64,000 nt of DNA from Heterodontus francisci. Lineage: Eukaryota. Numbering within the stretch: the stretch's first letter is position 1; the number at the start of each line of letters is the position of its first letter. Both the position numbers and the translations under genes were made by a program. The DNA lies in NCBI RefSeq assembly GCF_036365525.1, contig NW_027141682.1:744001-808000 (forward strand). Reading direction: 5' to 3'. Positions 13,098 through 23,647 of this stretch are shown piece after piece. The notes beneath the pieces were generated by a model. That model worked only from the letters and a program-made list of their open reading frames with translations. It did no database searches and was not told where the DNA came from.

Positions 13098-13894
13098 GTA
13101 ATTCGATTCACTCAACGTGAGAACAAAAATTGGCCAAAAGTACTGAGCAGAACAAAGGCTATTGACCCTAAAAATTGTCCAGCTGTAGTAAAGAATACTT
13201 GTGCTTCAGAACTAGCCACGTCCTTCACCAAGCTCTTTCAAAGCTATTGCATCGGCATCTACCCGGAAATGTGGAAAATTGGCCAAGTATGTCTTGTCCA
13301 TAAGAAGCAGGAGTAATCCAATCCTGCCTATTACTGGTGCCGTTAACAGTGCTACCAAATGGAAATACGCAGCAACAAAGTGCTAAACAATGCTCAATTG
13401 CATTACAACATGCTTAGAACCATGCTGGCCTGCGCAGGGCATGACAGCTATTTTTCCAAGTTTGTACTTGCAATGTTCAAACAAACAAGTTCATAAATTA
13501 TATTTTAAGCATGTGTAATGTATAAAATGAGACATTAGTATTCCTTTAGAAGCTAATTTTAACTCACATAACTGGTATTCAAATTATCCAGTAAATTTCA
13601 TACCAATTTGGCAGCCACTATAACTGAAATATGAATGGACCTTCCAATCGGCTCCTGGGTTTGCTTTGGGCAGAGAAGTCAGCTTCCAATTTGTGTTATT
13701 TAATTTCATACTATAAAGTAATTTTAAATACAATTGCCTTAGAAATGTAATTCACAAACTTTTCCAGACTAGAAACCATTTTATTTTAATCATAAAAGTG
13801 AAAATTTTGGTTTAAAAATGTCACACCTAAGTTTTAGGAGGTAATATTTATTTATATTAGGGTTTTCACATAATTGGACATGACAAGTTGCATT

Positions 13895-14035
13895 AAACCT
13901 GCCAAAGCTAAACAGCCCAGTCCAGCCCGACCCATCTCGAGCCCGAATTCTGGACACAGAATATTGACCCGACGCAATCCGAACCCGTCACATGTCATCG
14001 GGTTTGGTCTGGTTCGTGTCGGGTCGCCAGCTTGC
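13895..14035. mobile_element. Decayed DNA-transposon/MITE-like end with CCCGA/TCGGG subterminal motifs
   Basis: CpG-rich cluster of CCCGA(C) motifs followed by inverted TCGGG motifs within AT-rich DNA. Confidence 0.4.
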
Positions 14036-14044
14036 AAGAACAGG

Positions 14045-14410
14045 TAACCAAAAAAAAAGTGGGTTATGAGGACTGTCTTGAAGGATGTGGAGACAATGAA
14101 AAGTTTAGACAGAGACGTCCAGAGTTTAGGGCCCAGACAGCTGAATAGATGGTCACCAATGATGAAGTGATCAAAATAGCAGATGCTCAAGTGTCAGAAT
14201 TGGATGAGTGCAGAGATCTCAGTGAGTTTTGAGGCTGGGGGAGATTATAGAGTCAGGGAGCGGCGATGAAGAGATTTGAAAGCAAGAATAAGGAAATTAA
14301 ATTCAAGGCGTTGTTTCCTAGGAGCCAGGGTAGGTCAGCGAAGAGTAATTGAGATTTGGTGTGAATGAGGACACGGCCAGCAGAGTTTAGAATAACTTCA
14401 AGTTTACGGA
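14045..14410 (-). mobile_element. L2 LINE 3' fragment
   Basis: Minus reading FSCLGPKLWTSL, typical of the L2 C-terminus; similar to 21300-21500. Confidence 0.65.
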
Positions 14411-14861
14411 GCTTGCCCATATATGCCACAGAACATCCTAACGGCTGCGCTGTGAATATTAGTCATTGTGCAAAGATCGTTTCTTTCCCCCGTTCGGTCT
14501 AAATGTGAAACTAATGCCCAGATGATACAGGTTTGGTGGGAGAAGTGTTGAGGATAAGAGGAAAGTTGAATGCGTGATCAATTCGAGAATACACTGACAA
14601 GTTGAAGGGAATTGTTTCTTTTAGTGATAAAAACACAGCGAGACTTCTTGAGCTACAAATGGCTGGGCTCATCGCAGCTGGAAAAGGCAGTTACAACTGG
14701 ATTGTGCTCTATATTTTACTGACCTGAATGATGAGGATTTAAGCCTTCATCATCTTCAAGTTCAACATGTTTCTGCGTCAAATGATTTGGCTGCTTCCGG
14801 TTCCACTTATGTGAGGTATGAACAATCCTGTCAGCTAATCTTAAAGGAACTCATGCTATTA

Positions 14862-15030
14862 TAAAATAAAACAGAATATGCTGGAAATATTCTGAAGATC
14901 AGGCAGCATCTGTGGAGTGAGAAAGAGATTTAAAGTTTCAGTCTGATTGCATTTCATTATCTGTGAAATGAGTTAAAGCAGTAAGAATTTATAAACAAAT
15001 ACAGAGCCGGGGGAGAGGGGTGTGGAAATA
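14862..15030 (-). mobile_element. Decayed Penelope pLTR relic
   Basis: GCTGGAAATATTC..CAGGCAGCATCTGTGGAGTGAGAAA..GTTTCAG matches the pLTR end at 45520-45590. Confidence 0.65.
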
Positions 15031-15560
15031 GCTACAACAATTTGCATATATACAATGCAACTTCCTTAATAAATGTCCCAAGGTCAATGTTATCCAGGTG
15101 GAAGTAGATGGTATCTGCGATGGAGCAGACATGGGGTTGAAAACTAATTTCAGAGTCAATTCGGATTCCGAGATTGTGAACAGTGTGCTTCAAATTCAGA
15201 CCGTGACCATGAACATAAATGAAATCGGCGGTCAGGGGAAGGTTTATAGTTCAGTAAGTGATTTTGGTATTCCCAATATTTAACTGGAGAAATTGTTTTG
15301 CTTTTTTCTTCAGCAGTTCTGAGAGTCAGGCAAGCACCATGACAAATCAGAGTCAGTGGAAAGGGTTACAAAGGTGGCAATGAGCTGGTGTCAGCATGCA
15401 TGTAGATGCTGATGTGACACTTTTGGATGAAGTCGCTTCGGGGATGAATGCAGATAAGAAACAGAGAAGGGACAGACATAAATCCTTGTTTACCTCGAGA
15501 GGAAATGGAACGGGAGTAAGAAGAGAAGCCGTTGCAAGTGATACTCTGGATACAAGTGGA
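15030..15560 (-). mobile_element. L2 LINE RT fragment
   Basis: Co-linear similarity to the L2 fragment at 21205-22270. Confidence 0.55.
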
Positions 15561-15595
15561 TAGCCCCTCTGTTCAAAAATGTGAGGCAAATGTGA

Positions 15596-17308
15596 GGTAT
15601 TTTGCATCAGTATTCACCAAGGAGAAGGACTTGGTGGATGATGAGCCTAGGGAAGGGAGTGTTGATAGTCGAAGTCATCTCATCATCAAAAAGGAGGAGG
15701 TGTTGGGTGTCTTGCAAAGCATTACGGTAGGTAAGTCCCCAGGGACTGATGGAATCGACCCAGAATACTGAGGGAGGCAAGGGAAGAAATTGCTGGGGCC
15801 TTGACAGAAATCTTTGCATCCTCATTGGTTGCAGGTGAGGTCCCGGAGGACTGGAGAATAGCCAATGTGGTGCCTTTGTTTAAGAAGGGCACCAAGGATA
15901 ATCCAGGAAATTATAGGCCGGTGAGCCTTACGTCAGTGGTAGGGAAATTATTAGAGACGATTCTTCGGGGCAGGATTTAATCCCATTTGGAAACAAATGT
16001 ACTTATTAGCGAGAGGCAGCATGGTTTTGTGAAGGGGAGGTCGTGTCTCACTAATTTGATTGAGTTTTTTGAGGAAGTGACAAAGATGATTGATGAAGGA
16101 AGGGCAGTGGATGTTATCTATGTGGACTTCAGTAAAGCCTTTGACAAGGTCCCTCATGGGAGACTGATACAAAAGGTGAAGTCACATGGGATCAGAGGGG
16201 AGCTGACAAGATGGATACAGAACTGGCTCAGTCATAGAAGACAGAATGCAACAGTGGAAGGGTTCTTTTCTGAATGGAGGTATGTGACTAGTGGTGTTCC
16301 GCAGGGATCAGTGCTGGCACCTTTGCTGTTTGTAGTATATATAAATGATTTAGAGAAAAATGCAGCTGGTCTGCTTAGTAAGTTTGCAGATGAAACAAAG
16401 GTTGGTGGAGGTGCGGACAGTGATGAGGACTGTCAGAGGATGCAGCAGGATATAGATCGGTTGGAGACTTGGGCGGAGAAATGGCAGATGGAGTTTAATT
16501 CGGACAAATGTGAGCGAATGCATTTTGGAAGGTCTAATGCAGGTGGGAAGTATACAGTAAATGGCAGAACCCTTAGGAGTATTGACAGGCAGAGAGATCT
16601 GGGCTTACAGGTCCACAGGTCACTGAAAGCGGCAACGCAGGTGGATAAGGTAGTCAAGAAGGCATACGGCATGCTTGCCTTCATCGGTTGTGGCATAGAT
16701 TATAAAAATAGGCAAGTCATGCTGCAGCTGTGCAGAACTTTAGTTCGGCCACACTTAGAATATTCCGTGCAATTCTGGTCCCCACACTACCAGAAGGATG
16801 TAGAGACTTTGGAGACGGTACAGAGGTGGTTTACCAGGATGTTGCCTAGTCTGGAGGGCATTAGCTATGAGGAGAGGTTGGATAAACTCGGATTGTTTTC
16901 ACTGGAACGACGGAGCTGGAGGGGCGACATGATAGAGGTTTACTAAGTTAGAAGCGGCATGGACAGAGTGGATAGTCAGAACCTTTTTCCCAGGGTTGAA
17001 GAGTCAGTTACTAGGGGACATAGGTTTAAGATGAGAGGGGCAAAGTTTAGAGGGGATGTGCGACGCGATTTCCTTACACAGAGGGTGGTGAGTGCCTGGA
17101 ACTTGTTGCCGGGGGAGGTGGTGGAAGCAGGTACCACAGAGACGTTTAAGAGGCATCTTGACAAATACATGAATATAATGGGAATAGAGGGATACGGACC
17201 CCGGAAGTGCAGAAGTTTTTTACGTTTCGGCAGGCATGAAGATCGGCGCAGGCTTGGAAGACCGAATGGCCTGTTCCTGTGCTGTACTGTTCTTTGTTCT
17301 TTGTTCTA
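15596..17308 (+). mobile_element. 5'-truncated young CR1 (HER1-type) LINE
   Basis: ORF 15987-16946 with [30 protein letters not shown]; 3' tail CCTGTGCTGTACTGTTCTTTGTTCTTTGTTC. Confidence 0.95.
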
Positions 17309-17569
17309 ACCCATAGTGTATCAGTTTTCTGTGTCTATGTACACATCAGTGCATTTATCGTATTCAACAGCTGGCTGTGTTTTTTTTTTAAATAGTGCAT
17401 TTCCTTTTGTCCAAATATGTGAAGCATTATTTCGTTCACTAGTTTATGTGTTTGCTAGCCTTCTTACATTTCCCTATATGAGACATGGTGAGTATTCCAT
17501 GGCTTTTCAGCTCGCTCCGTATCAAGCCAGGTTGTGCTGAGGTACAGCTGTGGAAGCTTGTTGAGCAGA

Positions 17570-18500
17570 AAGAGGAGGGGCCTAAGGATCGATCAGCAGG
17601 ATTCATTCGTGGTAACAGTGGGGGAGCAGGAAGAGAAGCCATTGCTGGTCATACTCTTGCTGCAATTATTTTGATAAGATGGAAGCAGGTGAGAGCATTC
17701 CCATCGAGCTGTACGACAGTGTATGGTCTTTGGAAGAGAGTGGTATGGTCAACCATGTAAAAGGCTGAAGACAGTTCGAGCAGGATGAGGTGGAACAGTT
17801 TACCCATTTCGCAGTCACATTGGCTGTCACTTGTCAGCTAAAAATAGTAGCTTCGGCAATCTGAGAAGGGTGGAAATCTGACTGGAGAGATTCAAATGTG
17901 GAGTTCCAGGAAAAAAAGGAAACGGACTTGCGAGGCGACAGAAGGCTGAGGGACTTTCAAAAGGAAAGTGTTGTTGGAGATCCGTGTGTTGATTACAAAG
18001 GCAGAGTGACTGGAGGTTTTTTTTTGAGGCAAGGCATGATGAAGGCAGAGTTGAAGCGGTGGAGACATTACTGGAAAGAGAGAACTGTTATTATCAGCGA
18101 ACATCGAGGTCAGGAAGATACGTTGGGTAGCCCGCAGTCTACTGGGAATAGGGTCAATGGAGCAGGAGGTGCGTCTAATGGATGCACACAACTCGGAAAG
18201 AGCATGGGGAGAGATAGGAGAGGAACTGGAGGAACTTGAAAGTTCAGGACTAGCACAGAGGGAACCATAAATAAAGTTTAGTCGGGTGGGCTAGTGATAG
18301 CGAGCGAAGTGGAGGAGGCAGATGATCAGATGCTCTCAATTTGATTGACAATGAAATCCAGTAGCTCCTCGCAGTACTTGTATGTGAATGTAGGGAGGAC
18401 TGGTGAGAGGGATTTGAGAAGTTGATCCATATGTGAAGAAAAGAATCATGCGTTATTTTAGCTTTTCAGTGTGATCCTGGGATAGTGAACAGTTGTGGAA
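17570..18500 (-). mobile_element. Decayed L2 LINE fragment
   Basis: Minus ORF 17892-18191 has TSCSIDPIPSRL (L2 pre-RT motif); 17620-17780 resembles 22170-22270. Confidence 0.6.
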
Positions 18501-18888
18501 GAGGCGACCAGGACCTGCTGGTACTTTGTGAGGTCCGTTAAGATTAAGTCAACTCCCAATTCAAGTGCTTCGGGGCCTTTCGCATAGCACACAGTTCTGA
18601 GTAGACATTCTTTGAAGATAACTCTCAAAGTATTGGGTCTGTACATGTAATCAGCACCCAGAGGCTAGTTTAATGAAGCTGTTCATGCGGCTCAGTCACA
18701 GGTTACATGGGAACTATTTTGTTAAGATATTCCACAGCAAGTTTACAGTGTTTTTAAATATTTCTTAAAATAGATTCCATTACCTAATCAAGCTATGCGG
18801 GGAATGGGTGATTAATTCTATTTGTTTAATTGAATGTAACGAACGTGGTGCACTCCAGCTAAGTGTCACAGTGGCCATCGCCCACTGG

Positions 18889-18896
18889 TATAAATA
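18889..18896 (+). promoter_or_regulatory. Candidate TATA box of GPCR gene A
   Basis: TATAAATA about 70 nt upstream of the exon-1 ATG. Confidence 0.5.
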
Positions 18897-18964
18897 AGGT
18901 CTCCTTTGACTGAATTGCCACTTTTCAGTCAGAGTCTCACAGTCATCACTTCCGCACTTGGAAA

Positions 18965-19034
18965 ATGCACTATCCAATTATCTTTGAATTTGAACGCATC
19001 TTCTATCCTGTTCTTGCAACCGTTGGAATTACCG
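18965..19034 (+). pseudogene. GPR139-like GPCR gene A, coding exon 1 (MHYPIIFEFERIFYPVLATVGIT + phase-1 G)
   Basis: ATG at 18965, hydrophobic start of TM1, donor CCG|GTAAGG at 19034/19035; joins in frame (G|TG AAT = V N) to the acceptor at 22584. Confidence 0.8.
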
Positions 19035-19689
19035 GTAAGGTAATTAACAGTGGTTATAGTGCAAACCAGTAGAACTGTTCCTATTCTTTTTGTTCCCTTT
19101 TTTTCCTGCAACATATCAATATTAATAAGTTTGGACATAGGAAAGAGATGGTGTCTATGTGTGTGTGCATCAGGAAGTTAGCTCGCGCTAAAGAGAGAAG
19201 GAAACAGGGAACATATAAAACGTGTGATTGCCGTTGGTGATATAGTTGCCTATTGCATTATATCAATTCATGTAGTAGTTTCAGCAATCCGCTTCATACG
19301 CTTTCTTGATAGAAATTAGCATCTAGCACCAGAAAAAATGGCAGATTATTCCCCAGTTCTGTGCTCTCCAGAATCTCCTATTTCCAATAGATGCTGTCAT
19401 GAGATGAAATGTAAACCTCCATCATCCTTTGAGAAAGTGCACCTTTGCTTGTGCTGAGGTTTCAACTTATTATTTGTATTGACAGAAATATCAAGTTGGC
19501 ACAAGCAAACTATTTTCACCCGAAATGTAATCAGTTTATGCCAGACAGTTGTCTATGAATTTTCCACAAGATTCTCGGTTCTGGAGAATTATAGCTACTG
19601 TTGCTACTGAAAGGACATAAATCATTCATTGATTGAAAAGAAAAAATAGTTGTCAAAACAGACTAAATGATCAATATCAAATGATAAGT

Positions 19690-19798
19690 TAAAGAAAAAA
19701 AGCACTGGAAATAATCAGCGTGTCTGGCAGCTTCTGTTGGAAGAGAAAGAGAGTTAACGTTTCAGTTCGTTCAGCAAAATAACCCTTCATCAGCAACT
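19690..19798 (-). ncRNA. Penelope pLTR relic with a hammerhead-like core, antisense in the GPCR A intron
   Basis: Minus strand CUGAUGA-A-GGGUU..AACU-GAAAC-GUU-AACU at 19752-19798 followed by the pLTR tail. Confidence 0.6.
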
Positions 19799-20370
19799 TT
19801 TTCTCTTCTGGAGAGCTAACATAAGAGGATAGGACAAACGTTGTAGGCTCTCCACTGGTGAAGGTGCTGTCCAACAGTCATCTGTGGGTGAACTCGATTG
19901 GTTGTTAGGTAGCTGTGTGTGAACAGTGCGTTTCAGTCTTGCAAACGGATACATGACTGTTCAGACTTGATACGATGGCAAAACAACTGGGAATGGTTTA
20001 TCCATAATGAGCAAAGGTCTTCATAAAATATGTTTGGATAGATAACAAAAGGCGACTCCATAGATTGCAGAATGCAGGAGAAATACTGCAGGACAAGGCT
20101 TCACGGGTCATTGTTTGATCCAGTTGAAAAAGGAAATTTATGCCAAGCGTCAATACTGTATATAAAAATTGCAATCGAAATGGAGAAGGCCGAACATAAT
20201 GTCAAGCAAATTCATAGATGGTGGAAAATGTGGGCTCAATATTTGCTAATCCCAGATTTTCCCAGACATTGTCAGGGTGTTTGGGATTTCATCATCCAAC
20301 AGAGCTGGGAACTGAGGCAGCATCAATTGAAGCTGAGAGAGAAAATGAAATAAATTATGGAGGGGGAAAC

Positions 20371-20625
20371 TCCTGTGAGGAGTTTTCAAGTTCTCCCTGT
20401 GACTGCGTGGGTTTCTGCCGGGTGCTCCGGTTTCCTCCCACAGCCAAAGACTTGCAGGTGATAGGTAAATTGGCCGTTGTAAATTGCCCCAAGTGTAGGT
20501 AGGTGGTAGGGAATATGGGATTACTGTCGGGTTAGTATAATTGGGTGGTTGTTGGTCGGCACAGACTCAGTGGACCGAAGGGACTGTTTCAGTGCTGTAT
20601 CTCTAAATAAAAATAAAAATAAAAG
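20371..20625 (+). mobile_element. 5'-truncated HE1-type SINE
   Basis: V-domain and tail match 2390-2655; ends in (TAAAAA)n. Confidence 0.9.
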
Positions 20626-21204
20626 AGTTGGACGGTGGCGAAATCAATAAACAGGAAAATGATAGCTGGAATGGTGCAAGAATGTCACTTGAGTGAACTT
20701 TCCCTTTTGGCTGCTTTCCCTTTAAGTAAAATATATATATAGATAGATAAACGTTGTGCCAGCTCTACGTTATTTTATTCATCAGATCGACTCAAGAGTT
20801 ACCACTCTCGACCGCACTGGACACGGAGCAAATTCCCTAAATTTCTGAGTTATTTATTTGTTTTTCCTGAGTCTCCCTCCATTGTCTGTCTCCCAATAGC
20901 GGAGTTTGCCTGAAGGTAGAGGGAGATTACCAACACTGGTTAGCTCAGAAAGATTAGATTGGAAATGTGGGTGAATTAAAGCATAAAAGGGGATACGAGA
21001 ACAGAGCGAGGAATGTGATTTAGTGGCTCGTTTCTTCTTTAGTTGTGCCCTTTGATTTCATTATTAATCTTATTGCAAACCCTTACCTTCATCCCACAAT
21101 TCATTCTTTTTAGTTTATTTGGTCCACATTGGTGCCCATTCAACAACAACACCCTGTGTTAATACAGCATCTTTCACTTATTAAATCATCCCGCAGCGAT
21201 TCAT

Positions 21205-22270
21205 CGAAGTTTTATGGAGCAACATTTCACAAAAGGCACATAAAGAAATAATACAGCTGATGACCAAGGTTTTGGTCAAAAAGGTAGTCTTTAAGGAAAA
21301 TCTTAAGGGAGGATAGGGAGGCAGAGAGGCAAAGAGGTTTAGGTAAAGAGTTCCAGAGTTTAGGACCCAGGCAGATGATAGCATGAACGCCAATTGTGGA
21401 GCAATTAATATCAAGGATGCTCAACAGGTCTGAATTCAAGAACAGATATCTTGGAAGATTGTCGAGCTGGAGGAGCTTGGGGGGATAAGTTGGGGCGAAG
21501 CAATGGAAGGAATTTAAATCAAGGATGGTTTCATTTTACAAACGAGTTGTTGCCTAAACCGCAGCCAATGTAGGTCAGTGAGCACAGGGATGATTGCGCA
21601 ATGGGACCTTATGTGAGAAAGGACATGGGCAGCAGTGTCATGGATGACTTCACGTTTATGGAAGGAAGAATGTGGGAGACCAGTCAGGGGTGCCTTGGAA
21701 CAGTCACGTCTGGAAGTACCAATGGCATGGATGAGAGTTTCAGTGGTAGATGAGTTGAGGTGGAAGCTGATTTGGACAATGTACAGGGGTTGAAATAGGT
21801 TAATGACAGCGCGGATACGTGATGGAATCTGATCACGGAGTCCCATATGACATTGCTCAACCTCATAGAGTGGCCAGGGAGCTGGTTGGAATTGGTGGCT
21901 ATGGAGTGGGGATTGTGACAGAGGCAGAAGATGATGCTTCAATCTCCAAATATTTAACTGGAGGAAATCTCTGTTCATCAGGGATGTCAGACAAATGGTA
22001 TAATAATTTATTGGCGGTGCAGGAGTTGAGAGAGGTGGTAGATCTTGGTGTTGCCAATGTAGTTGTGCACATTGGTGCTGCATTTTTGGATGATGTCGCC
22101 AAATGGCAGCATGTCGATGAGAAATAAGAACAGGTAAAGTATAGATCCTTGAGGAGAGACCACAGAACGGTGCTGGAGCAGGAAGAGAAACCATTGCTGG
22201 TGAATCTCTGGCTATGATTAGTTGGATAAGCATGGAGCCAGGTGGGTCCATCTCACTCAGCTGGATTGTC
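21205..22270 (-). mobile_element. L2 LINE 3' fragment
   Basis: Minus ORF 21514-22272 ETLIHA..SRRDC..VLTDLHWL and CLGPKLWNSLP..FLKDYLF are L2 C-terminal motifs. Confidence 0.85.
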
Positions 22271-22584
22271 ATATTAGTATTGCCTTGTTTTATTTATCCT
22301 TTTTGGAATATTGTACTGGTGCCATTCAGGTTATTGTTCATTAATTAGAATCTTAAATATTCTTACATTTTTCCCTCAATCTGCTATTTAACTCAGTTTC
22401 TTTAAGTTTTTGTTCCATATTCGTTTTTTTCTTTGTAATTAGCCTCATTGCAACCCAGTTCACTCTTGTTTACAGAACCAGTCGCAATTAACAGAAGCAA
22501 CAAGAGGCTTGGACCTAGTGCGTAGATTTTGGGAGAGGTTCTTGGAATGATCTAATGATAAATATATTTTTCTCTCTCTTACAG

Positions 22585-23480
22585 TGAATCTGCTGGCGAT
22601 TGTGATCCTGTCCCGAGGAAAGTGCGGTCTCTGCAAATGTGTCACTTGTTACCTAGTCGCTATGGCAGTGACAGATCTAACGGTGGTGATAATTGAAGTC
22701 ATACTGAAGAGAATTAACAATATATACTTGCCAATAAATTTCTTGTTCATTACTCCAATATGCGCCCTGAAACTTGTCACGAAGATGCTGGCCCTGAACT
22801 GTTCAGTCTGGTTTACAGTCGCTTTCACCTTCGATCGCTTTGTATCTATTTGTTGTCAGAATTTCAGACCAATATATTGCACACAGAGAACGGCAAACTT
22901 GGTTGTTGCAACCGTGTGTCTACTTAGCTGTCTAAAGAGCATCCCCTTTTACTTTATATACCAACCCAAGCTTATAATTAACAAAATTCCGTACTTCTGC
23001 ATTGAAACCGCTGCCTATTATACCTCACCCTTATGGACGGCGTACGAGTGGTTCGACAGCATTTCAACCCCTTTAGTGCCGATATTTTTCATCCTGTTGT
23101 TCAATGCTCTCATTGTAAAACATATTCTAAAATCCAATATAGTCTGCCGGGCACTCATAAGTCACATCAATAATCAAAATGATAGAGAGAGTGAGAACCG
23201 GAAGAGGTCAATGATCTTGCTTTTCACTCGATCTGCTAATTTCATTCTTCTCTGGATGACACATGTTGTACATTCCCGAATGTGGCGGGTGACAAACTAC
23301 AATTATACAAACAAATACTACAGTAACCCAACATACATCACCCAGCAAACTGGATAAATGCTGCAGCTTCTCAGTTCTTGCACCAACACGTGTATCTATG
23401 GACTGACAGAAAGAAAATTCAGAGAAGAGCTGAAGAATGGGATGAAGTATCTGGTCACACTGAATGGGAGATTATGCTAA
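22585..23480 (+). pseudogene. GPR139-like class A GPCR gene A, exon 2, with premature stop
   Basis: Acceptor TTTTTCTCTCTCTTACAG; NLLAIVILSRGKCGL, MAVTD, FTFDRF; in-frame TAA at 23355-23357, then the same frame continues MLQLLSSCTNTCIYGLTERKFREELK..LC to TAA at 23478-23480. Confidence 0.88.
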
Positions 23481-23647
23481 TAGCAAATCATTGGGAGAAA
23501 GCTGGATCAGTCTGTGTAAATTTCAACCCAGATCCTTCTTCTATTAAGTAACACTGACTGGTGATGGACCGATACAGGATGGTGCTCTGTGAGAGAATTT
23601 GACAATAATACAATAGACAGACAACGGGCCTGCCCCTCGCATTGGTA

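Larger units (their letters stand above)
11596..13400 (+). mobile_element. Older CR1-group LINE fragment (APE to start of RT), split by a Penelope piece
   Basis: LDLVLTN..GRSDHCTVLVE (APE end) in ORF 11659-11922; resumes at 13098 with CASELA..KLFQ..GIYPEMWK (pre-RT). Confidence 0.75.
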
